Source of the DNA: Fibrobacteria bacterium
GTDB lineage: Bacteria; Fibrobacterota; Fibrobacteria; UBA11236
Length of the DNA: 48,477 nucleotides
Assembly: GCA_043732185.1 (NCBI GenBank)
Contig: JAYTHY010000138.1
Location: 1 to 48,477, forward strand
Direction: 5' to 3'
The notes beneath the pieces are model-generated. The model did no database searches, had not been told where the DNA came from, and worked only from the letters and a program-made list of their open reading frames with translations. Below, piece after piece: positions 9,922 to 19,921 of this stretch (its first letter is position 1; the number at the start of each line of letters is the position of its first letter). The position numbers and the translations under genes are program-made.

Positions 9922-10629
9922 ATGCGCCCATACCTTCACTTTCGATTGGCTCTTGAAATGCTAGTTTGTTTTTTAGCATTTGCCCAAACGGCCAAGGCAG
10001 GAACGGCGGCGGCGGCAACTTTAAGTACCGGGGTTTTGAGTCCAAATCGGGACACGGTATTTGGCGTGTATGATACATTCAAGATTGAAGTCTCCGCGGT
10101 ATGGCAACCAAAAGAGACACTGGTCGTCCGCAATAATTCCGGAAAAGAAGTCGTCTTGGATTCCTTTTCACTACGTCCAGACTCAAGTTGGTCTGGACGA
10201 TTGTGCTTTGCATTCACATTACAGTCATCAAGGGGCACTTATCTGGGTGAGTATCAGTATAGGTCCTGGGATTTCAATGATGGAAAGACCAATGCCTTGA
10301 GATCAGTTATTCGCCTTCCCGCCCATGATTCAATACTATTGGGCCAATTCGGCATTTTACTGAATTATGCAATTCAGAAAGTCACCGCGTCTTCAAATCA
10401 ATACAAGGCAGGGGATTCCATTGCCACTCCTTTGGCTTTCTTCTCTGGTAAGGATTCCGTCAAATTCCAGTTGCGTGCCAAGGTAATGCCAGGCGTATTT
10501 TATCATCCTGTTACCATCAAAAGAGGTGAAACGAATATCAAACGTATTTCGATCAGCAATGGGTTTCTCGCAAATGGTAGGATTCAAAAAGGCAGCCATG
10601 TGTGGTTGAACGCCCCTACCGTATACTAG
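9922..10629 (+). CDS. Secreted hypothetical beta-rich protein
   Basis: Signal peptide ending AQTAKA; C-terminal PVTI...FLANGR tail. Confidence 0.75.
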   Translation: MRPYLHFRLALEMLVCFLAFAQTAKAGTAAAATLSTGVLSPNRDTVFGVYDTFKIEVSAVWQPKETLVVRNNSGKEVVLDSFSLRPDSSWSGRLCFAFTLQSSRGTYLGEYQYRSWDFNDGKTNALRSVIRLPAHDSILLGQFGILLNYAIQKVTASSNQYKAGDSIATPLAFFSGKDSVKFQLRAKVMPGVFYHPVTIKRGETNIKRISISNGFLANGRIQKGSHVWLNAPTVY

Positions 10630-10717
10630 GATTACCTTTTGGCCGTCAATAATTGACCGGGACATCCAAGTTTGATAAAACAGGGTGTAGCGTCGCCGGC
10701 GAATACGCAACTATCAG

Positions 10718-10888
10718 GTGAAACAAGCAGTCCTATATGTTACACATAAAATCACATTTGTAGTTTCACTTTTCCACACTTCCATTAGTCCCGCTGGTAA
10801 ACGGGATCAGAAGCTGGATGTTTCAACCGGCTTTGATCTCAATGGACGCAATATTGGAATATCAAGCCATTCCGGATGGGAGCTGTAA
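10718..10888 (+). pseudogene. 56-codon mini-ORF or remnant: signal-like start joined directly to the C-terminal tail (TSI...GFDLNGR)
   Basis: Manual translation from GTG 10718: MKQAVLYVTHKITFVVSLFHTSISPAGKRDQKLDVSTGFDLNGRNIGISSHSGWEL*; below the ORF-track length cutoff. Confidence 0.5.
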
Positions 10889-10998
10889 TTTCCTAGGTAA
10901 CTTTAACTTCAAATAGACCTACATTGCCAGGTGCTGGTTGAGGCTTGCCTCAAAGTTCAAAGGCAGTATTCTCAATTACTTTTGTATGTTAAATCTGT

Positions 10999-12012
10999 AT
11001 GCAATCAATTCGGAAAGTTTTGCGGGCAGTCAAGCACTGGCCCCTGCTTGCCCATTTCAATCGCTACCGCTTGCGCAGGATTTACCAAGCCAAACCCTCG
11101 GTCATCAATCTTGAATTGACGACTAAATGCAATGCCCGCTGCCGGATGTGTCCGCATCCAGATCTTGACTTTGACAAGAAGATCATGTCGGACCCGACCT
11201 TGGACAAAGTTCTGGAAGGATTGAAAGGTGCGGTTCCCCCGGGTTCCATTCTTTATCCCGTAGGTTTGGGCGAACCGCTGCTTATTCCCAACTTGCACGA
11301 AATGAATCGGCGGATTGCAGAACGATTTCCTGAGGCGCGCATTCATTACAATACCAATGGGATTCTGCTCGGGCATGCCAGATCCGAAGCCTTTCTGGAT
11401 TTTGCCCATCGCATTGTAATTTCACTTAATTCACCGGACAAGGAAACCTATGCTACGCTTATGCGCGTCGATAAATTCGATGAAGTGGTGAAGGGTGCAA
11501 AGGATTTTCTCGCCAGACGCAAAGTAAATTCCCGTTTTCGGCAGCAAGGATTTCCACAAGTTGAAATTCAGATGATGGGATTGGACGCCTATGCAGACAA
11601 TTTCAAAAAATTTAAAGAAGAGTGGCAGCCGCTTCTGGAACCTAAGGATGAAGTCTATTTCAATCCTATGGACAATTGGGGCGGAAAAATCCCAGACAAG
11701 AATTTGTACAGTCGCAAGGAGGCCAAACGGTATCCGTGTGGTTCCATCTGGCGCATGGTTTCCGTGGACGTGGAAGGGGACGTCTTCCCCTGCTGTGTTC
11801 CATTCGGTACCCGAAAGGGCGACAGCATCCGGTTGGGCAATGTGCTTGAGAACCCCTTAACCGATATTCTCAAGAATGGAAAGTTGGATCGGATCAAACA
11901 ACTCCACCTGGAGGGCAAAGATCAGACTTTGGAAGCATGCCGAGGCTGCGATGTGTATCGGGTTGATCCGAATATCCGCTTCAAGAATCCAATTACGGGG
12001 AAATGGCATTGA
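10999..12012 (+). CDS. Radical SAM protein with SPASM/twitch domain
   Basis: CNARCRMC (CxxxCxxC), GLGEPL, TNG, YPCGSIW...VFPCC...LGNV...CRGC. Confidence 0.92.
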   Translation: MQSIRKVLRAVKHWPLLAHFNRYRLRRIYQAKPSVINLELTTKCNARCRMCPHPDLDFDKKIMSDPTLDKVLEGLKGAVPPGSILYPVGLGEPLLIPNLHEMNRRIAERFPEARIHYNTNGILLGHARSEAFLDFAHRIVISLNSPDKETYATLMRVDKFDEVVKGAKDFLARRKVNSRFRQQGFPQVEIQMMGLDAYADNFKKFKEEWQPLLEPKDEVYFNPMDNWGGKIPDKNLYSRKEAKRYPCGSIWRMVSVDVEGDVFPCCVPFGTRKGDSIRLGNVLENPLTDILKNGKLDRIKQLHLEGKDQTLEACRGCDVYRVDPNIRFKNPITGKWH

Positions 12013-12627
12013 TTAAAGGAATATTTTTCTGCAATACCAAGCCAGGCCAATCGGGTATTGAAAATTCCTCTGAAATTTCAAAATCGACAACCCGGATTTT
12101 GTCTTGCATACGTTGAGGTTCAGAATGGAAATTCCCGAGAATTCATGAAACTCAATAAGGATACTTTGAAAGCGCATCAAGCTTTCGGTATCCGCGCTCA
12201 ATTACCATTCGATCTCAGCGCCTTCACAATCCATTTTAAGGATATCGATTTCCTTAGGGGGATCCATTTCTTCGAGCAGATCTTTTAGGCTCAAAGTTTG
12301 GATGGTTTCGGTGTCATCCCCAACTTTTTGAAACATGGTGGCTTAGGGACTCGAGTCACCCATGGAAACGGTTCGGATTCCCGAAACCCCGGTCAAACCT
12401 TTTTGCAAAACTTCCACCTTGCCTTCAAGCTGATTGGTCGCGAGATTTTCCCTTTAACGCTGGAATGTTCCGTCTACAGGTTCCAAGGCGAGAATGCGTG
12501 CTTCAGGATTTCGAAAAGCCGCGAAGAGAGAGAAGGATCCGATATTGGCGGCCACACCAACGATGTATTTTTCCAGGTTCGAGTCAGCCTGACGAAAAAA
12601 GTGGCAATCGTCCACTATTGAATCCAT
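12013..12627 (-). pseudogene. FkbM-family methyltransferase pseudogene
   Basis: One frame reads VGVAANIGSFS...ALEP...IDILKMDCEGAE...ILIEFH, with in-frame TAA at 12454-12456, 12343-12345 and 12202-12204. Confidence 0.85.
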
Positions 12628-13958
12628 GCCAGAATAAATGAAGCGAAAATGCAGGCGCTGATAAAGAGCACGCCCTTCCTCGCTTCCACCCAGGCCCCAG
12701 AATACCTTGAAAACCTTCCCAGTAAACTCATGGAGAGTAGCTGGACTGCCAAGGCCCCATATGCCGTGCCGAAGAGAATGTTCCAGTTTGATGTCACGCA
12801 AAATCGGATTGCCAAGGGAATAAGGATGAGGCTTGCTGCAGCTGCAAGTGTGATCGCCTGCATAAGTGCGCGAGTGTGGTAATTAAATTCAAGAACCATG
12901 CCAAAAAACCTTCCCCAGTAATAGACGTATAGGGTCGCAACCATGATGGGAAAGGCCGCCAACCCGGTTAAGTAAACTGCCGGAAAAATCGGATGAAAGC
13001 GCGACATCAACAGGAATAGTGCAGGCAAAAGTATGGAATATGCCAGCATCATCCATCCAGCTCGAAACAAGTATTGGGAAAGATTGGAATGGATAAATTG
13101 CAAGCCCTCATCGCCATGCATCCGGTAGAGACGAGCATGCAGATCCATCAGGCTTCCAGTAAAAAGAATGCCCAAAGGCATTGCGAATTTATAGAGAAAC
13201 CCATACACACCCACTAGACTCATGTCGCCTTGTTGCCCTAACCAAAACCGGTCGGAACTGGACACGATCCATTCGCCGATGCCCACCGGCACAAACCATA
13301 ATCCAAAGGTGAAAAGGGTTTTGAAGGTTTTTGAGGAAAAGGCAAAGCCCCAATCCTGCCTGCCCTTAAAGGCGATAAATGCAAGCATGACGGCCTGTTT
13401 CAGGCATTCCAACAATAAGAGGTTAAAGATGGTCAGCCTGCCTGTCAAAAGCAAGGTGAGCGAAAGACCAAAATCAACAACAGCGCCAATGGCGCTGGCC
13501 ATTAAAAAAGCCCAGGCTTTCTGTTCGGCGCGGAAATAAATGATAAATGTTGAAGTGAGGTTCCCGATTATGGAGGCTGCTAGTAGTGCTGCAAAGACAT
13601 TATAGTCGATGGCTTGAAAGAAATGAATATGCATCCGGACTGCGGTCCAAGCAAAGCACACCCAAGTCAATAAACCTAAAACCAAACCTCCGCCCAAAAT
13701 TCCTGACAACGCGATGGTTAGGATTTCACGTCGATGGGATGGCTCCGATGCCATCGGGAAATAACGCCCCAAGGCGGCTTTAAGTCCAAAGCCCGCCATG
13801 GTTTGGAAAAGTTCGATAAAAATCCATGAGCTAGCCAACTTACCCATGTCCGCCAAGCTAAGCGCGGTGGCAATTGCGGGAAGTAAGATAAAAGCTGGCA
13901 ACCTAGGTAATATTACCGCAGCGGAATAAATAAAATTGTCCCACCTTCTCGCTGTCAT
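12615..13958 (-). CDS. Wzx-like oligosaccharide flippase
   Basis: About 12 hydrophobic segments; FGLKAALGRYF and SSDRFWL...VGVYG motifs; coupled to the GT4 gene. Confidence 0.8.
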   Translation of the reverse strand: MTARRWDNFIYSAAVILPRLPAFILLPAIATALSLADMGKLASSWIFIELFQTMAGFGLKAALGRYFPMASEPSHRREILTIALSGILGGGLVLGLLTWVCFAWTAVRMHIHFFQAIDYNVFAALLAASIIGNLTSTFIIYFRAEQKAWAFLMASAIGAVVDFGLSLTLLLTGRLTIFNLLLLECLKQAVMLAFIAFKGRQDWGFAFSSKTFKTLFTFGLWFVPVGIGEWIVSSSDRFWLGQQGDMSLVGVYGFLYKFAMPLGILFTGSLMDLHARLYRMHGDEGLQFIHSNLSQYLFRAGWMMLAYSILLPALFLLMSRFHPIFPAVYLTGLAAFPIMVATLYVYYWGRFFGMVLEFNYHTRALMQAITLAAAASLILIPLAIRFCVTSNWNILFGTAYGALAVQLLSMSLLGRFSRYSGAWVEARKGVLFISACIFASFILAWIQ

Positions 13959-15112
13959 TGGCTGATTGTTTGGCCTGCGGGTGAATCGGCGATAATTTTG
14001 GCGAACTCGGCTTCATAAGCATCCCAAACCCAGCGTGTTCGCGCTGCGCGGCAGCTTTCCTGAAAGGTAGAGTAATGGGTGCGAAGGGTCGCTAGAGCGC
14101 CCAAAATTTCAATGGGTGAACGGGAATTGGGTATCACACCAATCGGTTCGTCTTTAATTAAGGCATGGTGCGCGGCTGTGCTTCCCAAAAGGACAGGGGT
14201 CAGCCTGTGGATATAATCGAAAATCTTATTTGACAGGGTGAAATCGTAACTGAGAAACGAAGGTTCAAGCAAGTGCAGACCGATATGGGATACTCCAATG
14301 GGCTCGCCCAAATTCTCGAAGGGAATAGTACCGTGAAAGGTCACTCTATCTGTGAGTCCCAGTGACTCCGAAAGTTTTCTCAATAGTACTTCCTCTGTTC
14401 CAGAACCATAAATGGACAATTCATATTCTGAGGCCATCGCCATGGCATTTAAAACTTCCTGAAGCCCCGATCCCGCACGCAACGCTCCTTGGTAGATTAG
14501 GCGTACCTTGTATGTTACTGAGGGCTTTTCGAAATCTTGTTGCAAAGAACAGGTGGGAACATTCGGTAGAAGGAGAAACTTTTTTTTAGGATATCGGGTC
14601 CGATAATATTGAAGAAAAAGTGGGCTGACTGTTATCACTCGTCCAATCAGGTTCATTCCGGCGCCTAGCCACAAGGCCCATAGTAAGCGCCGCGAAGGGC
14701 GACTGCGGATCATGGGGGTTTCCAAAAGGATTTCCCTGGCATCGTAAATAACCCTTTTCCCGCGCAGTTTTCCAATCGTGGCAGCCCATAACAGGGGCGC
14801 GCCATCCTCTACTATCCATACAGGACTCTTTGTTTTGATCAAAATTGGAGTGATGCGCATCAAGTAGGTTAGCCAGACGGTAATAAAGCTCAGGTAGTGC
14901 GAATGCCTAGTAAGAACACGGATGTGGACGTCTTTCCATCCAGATCCGAGGGAGTGAAGTGGTTGGTCACACAACACCGTGGGGCTATAGCCTAGCTTCT
15001 GAAGGGTCATGGCAACCTTAAAACAGCGATAGTCTTGACTCAAATCAGCCAGGATTAGGATTAAGATTTCTTCGCATGGTTTCAAAGAATACAATCCTAT
15101 GGGTTGGAGCAC
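13955..15112 (-). CDS. Glycosyltransferase family 4
   Basis: DYRCFK, VIYDARE, ITVS, LPNVP, IYQG and LSNKIFDY motifs. Confidence 0.88.
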   Translation of the reverse strand: MLQPIGLYSLKPCEEILILILADLSQDYRCFKVAMTLQKLGYSPTVLCDQPLHSLGSGWKDVHIRVLTRHSHYLSFITVWLTYLMRITPILIKTKSPVWIVEDGAPLLWAATIGKLRGKRVIYDAREILLETPMIRSRPSRRLLWALWLGAGMNLIGRVITVSPLFLQYYRTRYPKKKFLLLPNVPTCSLQQDFEKPSVTYKVRLIYQGALRAGSGLQEVLNAMAMASEYELSIYGSGTEEVLLRKLSESLGLTDRVTFHGTIPFENLGEPIGVSHIGLHLLEPSFLSYDFTLSNKIFDYIHRLTPVLLGSTAAHHALIKDEPIGVIPNSRSPIEILGALATLRTHYSTFQESCRAARTRWVWDAYEAEFAKIIADSPAGQTISQ

Positions 15113-15261
15113 ATGAAAAATAGCAATCCGTAAAGGACTTGGCCTGGTGCTCGCCCCTAAGTACCTTATGGATCGATGTCTCAGTTTAATCCTTTACCGT
15201 TTGCCGCACTTATGCTTTTTGCAAGTACCAAAAAATATATTTGGCTAAATAAAACGCTGCC

Positions 15262-16425
15262 ATGAAAGCGATGGATGGACGGAATTTGAGTAGCCGCCGG
15301 CGTTTGGTACCTAGCATAGTTCTAATTATCGCCTACCCAGTGATTCGAATAGTGTTATGGGCACTTAAAAATCTAGTAGGAGGGAGCAAGAAAAAAGTCA
15401 ATTCTGGCCAGCTTCCAAATCTTGCAGTATATCAATCTTATCAAGTGGGTGATGCCTTTATGGCTCTGCCAGCGATCCTTCTGCTAAAACCCCATTTTAC
15501 AGTCACCATTATATGCCGTCCGGATTGCCAAGGCATATTCCAAAACGAAGGATTTCAGGTGGTACCTCATTTCAATCCTTTTTTCGCCAAACCCTCCCCG
15601 ACAACTCTGTGGCATAGCCTGCAAGGGGCGTGGAAAATGCGCGGTCAAATTCCATTTCTCGCTTTGGATTTCGATGCGGATCCTAGGACCGCATTTTTCC
15701 TCAAAGTTGCTGGTGCCGGAACTACGTATTCTTTTGCCCGTTCCTTTGACTGGTTGTTCGACAAAACCTTTCCATTAGTTTCCAAGCCTCAACACCAGTT
15801 AGATAAGCAGCTGGCGGTGGCGGAAGCTTTCCTGAGGCACAAGAATCTTGCTTTCCCAAAAATCAATGGAACTGTGAATGAAATCACAAAGTCTCACGTT
15901 CATCCGCTGCGAATCTTACTATCCTGCTGGACTTGGAAAAACGAAAAAAATTGGCCCTTGAATTATTGGGATCAAATCATCATTTCCCTGATTGATTCAG
16001 GTTGCAGCATAGAAATCATTGTACCTCCTGAAGGGATCACGGTCTTTCAAAGTTTTCGCTTGCAATGGCAAAGTCAAGTGAATTTTCTGGAGGGGGATCT
16101 CGATAAAATCCATTTGGCTGCTAAAGCTGCTGATGGTATTGTTTGCACTGACAATTTTTTGGGACATATGGGAGCGTATTCGGGTAAGCCGGTTTTTTGG
16201 ATCAACGGATCATCTGACCCGGCCCATGTGGCTCCCCGTGGCCCACGGACTCAAATCGTACAGGTCGATACCATGCCATGTCGTCCTTGTAGCCATCGCT
16301 GCAATAACCCAATTCACAAGCAATGCCTGATTGAACTTGTTCCAGAAAAAGTTAAAATGGACCTTGCCCAATGGCTTTCCCAATTCGAAAACTGCCGGGA
16401 CATTTCCAATAGGCGGTCATTTTAG
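15262..16425 (+). CDS. Glycosyltransferase family 9 (heptosyltransferase-like)
   Basis: VGDAFMALP, KNWP, CTDNFLGHMG and C-terminal CRPC...C...CL motifs. Confidence 0.85.
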   Translation: MKAMDGRNLSSRRRLVPSIVLIIAYPVIRIVLWALKNLVGGSKKKVNSGQLPNLAVYQSYQVGDAFMALPAILLLKPHFTVTIICRPDCQGIFQNEGFQVVPHFNPFFAKPSPTTLWHSLQGAWKMRGQIPFLALDFDADPRTAFFLKVAGAGTTYSFARSFDWLFDKTFPLVSKPQHQLDKQLAVAEAFLRHKNLAFPKINGTVNEITKSHVHPLRILLSCWTWKNEKNWPLNYWDQIIISLIDSGCSIEIIVPPEGITVFQSFRLQWQSQVNFLEGDLDKIHLAAKAADGIVCTDNFLGHMGAYSGKPVFWINGSSDPAHVAPRGPRTQIVQVDTMPCRPCSHRCNNPIHKQCLIELVPEKVKMDLAQWLSQFENCRDISNRRSF

Positions 16426-16538
16426 AGGTTTTTCCGAGTTTTTTGTTGTACCAATTGCCTGCTCTCTGAGTCATAGCAACCCCGGCAGGACCAATTCGAT
16501 TAAATTTGAACGACTACTGAACATCTCAGGTAAAGCGG

Positions 16539-17240
16539 ATGAAAATCAAAATTAGTCGTAAAAATAAAAGCGTTTTTATCCTTGTTGGGGCCATGGTACA
16601 CGTGGGCTGCATCATGGAAACCCACAAATCGCCGCCAAAAATATTGTTTCTTGGCAACAGCATTACCCAATCTATTCGGAATGACACTGCTGGATGGAAG
16701 TTGGAAGCTGGGATGGCCGCTTCCAGTTCGGACAAGGACTATGTCCATCAGACTATTCGCATTCTAAAGGATAAAGGCTTTGAATTTGAAGCCATAATTG
16801 GATCCAGAGACTGTAATATTTGCGATGGCGTAATTGGCGAACACCTCGAGAATATTGGCGAGATACAAGAAATGCATCCGCGCTATGTTGTAGTTCAATT
16901 GGGTGAGAACAGCAACCAGTTGGAGGTGGACAGCGGTAGGCTGACCAAGGACTATTTAGCCTTAATTTCTGCAATTCACTATCAAAGTATACATGGCATT
17001 TTCTGTATCACAAATTGGAACGAAGCAAATCTGAGCGACGCCCACAACGATGCCATATTACGGGCCGTCAGCCATTTTCCTGATATTCATGTCGTAGATA
17101 TCACTGCTCTTGCCAATCAACCAGAAAATTACGGCGATTCCACTCTATATCATAACCCTGCGATTCTATGGCATCCTGGGGACCTGGGCATGCTTAGAAT
17201 TGCCGAAGCCCTTTCGCATTCTATATTGGCAGAGGAATGA
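16539..17240 (+). CDS. SGNH/GDSL-fold hydrolase, probably exported
   Basis: FLGNSIT, GMAAS, VQLGEN and HPGDLGM blocks. Confidence 0.85.
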   Translation: MKIKISRKNKSVFILVGAMVHVGCIMETHKSPPKILFLGNSITQSIRNDTAGWKLEAGMAASSSDKDYVHQTIRILKDKGFEFEAIIGSRDCNICDGVIGEHLENIGEIQEMHPRYVVVQLGENSNQLEVDSGRLTKDYLALISAIHYQSIHGIFCITNWNEANLSDAHNDAILRAVSHFPDIHVVDITALANQPENYGDSTLYHNPAILWHPGDLGMLRIAEALSHSILAEE

Positions 17241-17245
17241 GGAAC

Positions 17246-19921
17246 ATGCGCAAGTTTTTGCTTCTCGCTTTGCTGGTTGGATTTTTTGGGAGCGAATGTT
17301 TCGCTACCCCGGCGACATCTCCTTCCCAAGCCCAAGCCTTTTAGGGTGGGCGCACTGGAAAGGTCGCATATTTAAAAGGCTATGACACCAAAATCTATTT
17401 CATTGATTTCAGCGATACTGTTTTGGTCGAACATAAATTATCCGATGACACCTATTGCCTAAGCCCTATGATAAGTCCGGACGGCACCCGAATCCTTTAT
17501 GAACAGGGGAGTGCGATTTGGATCCGCGATCTGGTCGCCGCCAGCCCATCACGGATCCAGGTTTTTTCGCGTGTTATCAAATACAATCAGACCATGGAAC
17601 CCCATTGGTGGATAGATCCCAAGACTAAAGAAGAGTATATCCAATATACGCAGGGGCTCATTGAGGATCATGAGTGGCCGCCGCAAAGTGGTGGTACCTA
17701 CGTAATTAAGCTCGATAAGGATAGCCACCCTTTGGGCGTTCCCATACTTCTCATGCCTTTTCATATGTCGGCGGCCCGTTCCAAGAATGGTGTCTGGGGT
17801 GCAACTTCCCACCATTCCACGGGGATGTATAAGTTCAATTCAAATAAGATTGAAGCAGCCTTTTTGAATGCCAATAACTGGTTGGACACCGGCGTGGTAC
17901 TTGCCTGTAATGCTTCCATCGATCCATCCAATGATCCGGCTAGGCAGAACCGCATGATGCACTTGCACTCGGGAGGAAATGCAATGGGTGGAAAACCCTA
18001 CGACAACCACAAAGCTGTGATCATTCGTTCGTGGACAGATGTCGATCCAGATCACCCTTTATGGTGGATGGGGCCGCTGGGCGATCGTTGTGAAAACGAC
18101 AGCAGTGGGAATTTATTTTGGGGTGCGCCAGAATGGTCTACTGATGAGGAGTATTTCACCGTGACTGGGACAAAGGATGTTGAAGGGGTTGATACTGCCG
18201 ACCTTTATATCGCACGCATCAACTATACAGGCGATTCGCGATTGCTTCGCGTTATAAAGGGAGAGGGAAAGAACGTGTTTTCCCACCTTTGGGTTAAAGA
18301 CGGGGTTGCTCCAGCGAAAATCCGCTTGGACTCAACGACCTTGTCTTTCAACGCTTTTCGCAAGGACACCCTAGATCCAAACCCTAAGTTAGTTTTGGTT
18401 TCTAACTCCGGAGATGGTACCCTTCCGCTCCTCTCCCTGGGACCCCTTCCAAAATGGCTGAAAGTCACAATAAGTGGTAATGGGACAAACTCCGTTAAGC
18501 TATTCAATCAAGTCTTCCGTGATAGCACGGTTCCAGGCGTATACTCGGTAAAAGTAATGATTGGCTACGGTAGAGGTGCAGATAGCGCCAACTACACAAT
18601 CAACTTCAATTACTCGGATCCAGTGTTGACAGCGTTGAAGCCGGTGTCTGCCCACGCTGTACTTGCTGTCGGCGACTCTATACTTTTAACAGCAGTAGGA
18701 TTGGATCAAGCAGGAAATCCACTTCCAGATCCCGTGGCAGTCACCTGGTCCGGCGTAGGTACCTTGTCTCCTAAAACTGACGGTTGGTTTTATGCAGATT
18801 CTTCGGCTTGGCGAACTTATCAAGTAATTGGGAAATCCGGCACGATAACCTGTACCACTACAGTTACCGTAACGCATAGACTGCTTCGTATCGACGTTGG
18901 GGCGATAGCCGGCCAGGCGACTCCGGGATGGTCAGAGGATGGAGACTATGCTTTGGACGGAGTTGTCGGAAACCTTCTGGATACCATCAAGCTACCTACC
19001 CTAAAAGATACTGCTCCCAAATCCCTTTACCATTCTTGGCGCAGGGACTTCACGGGGTTTCGGTTCCCAAACCTTCCCAATGCACGATATCGGGTTCGTA
19101 TGCATCTGGTAGGGCCCAGCATTGTAGCCACTGGAAGCCTCACGGTGCGGTTTGAAGGACAAAAAGTTTTGGATGCCTACCATTTGCCAATCCCAGTCGA
19201 TTCCGGTTTTCGAGCAGTGGATATTCAAGAAGCTTCCGTTACGGTTTCGGATGGCAATGGATTGACCTTGGACGCATCCACAACAGGGACTGCTCCCGCA
19301 TTGGCTGGATTAGAGATTTATGACCAAGGTCTTCCACCAGTAAACCTAGTTACTCCGAATGGAGGGGAGACCTATTCTGTTGGCGACACCCTATCCATCC
19401 GATGGAGTGCGGATTCTGCCATCGCTTCCTGCGGAATACAGATTTCTGTCGATAGTGGGGTTAAATGGATTCCACTGACTCGTAAGCGATCTGTTTCTCT
19501 CATCGACCCAGACTGGCAGAATTTCCACTGGGTGATACCCGACAGCCTGGACGGATTCGCAATGTCAACCGGGAGAGCCATGGTTTCCGTCTATGATTAT
19601 TTCGGTACCGACCGGGATCGATCAGACCGAGTTTTTAGAATACTGGAGAAGGTTAGCTCTATTCATGCTTCCTCGCCTTCCTTATCGCAGGGGCTTAAAG
19701 GAGTCCATTGGGAAGGCAATTATTTGCATTTAGAATTGGTGGGACGGGGTAACTGGAAAATTTTTCTTACGGATATACATGGGAGAAAGGTAAGGAATTT
19801 TTCATTCCTGGGTTCTGGCAGACTTGAATTGGATGTAGGGTCCCTTGCTGGAGGAGTTTACAGAATCCAGGCAGTAACCGAGGGGCAAATGCAATCCCGA
19901 CTGCTACCCTATTTTCCTTAA
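17246..19921 (+). CDS. Large secreted modular protein (TolB-like propeller, Ig/BACON-like, malectin-like, T9SS-CTD-like tail) interrupted by one in-frame TAG
   Basis: Signal peptide MRKFLLLALLVGFFGSECFA is in frame with ORF 17423-19921 but TAG lies at 17342-17344; ISPDGTRI, LLRIDVGA...LYHSWR...LAGLEI, PNGGETYSVGD, TDIHGRKV...LAGGVYRI. Confidence 0.75.

Noticed and set aside
12202..17344. Stop-codon recoding (TAA/TAG read as sense) to explain the in-frame stops
   Set aside because: Intact genes in the window end at TAA, TAG and TGA at expected positions (TAG at 6743, 10629, 16425), so the standard code applies
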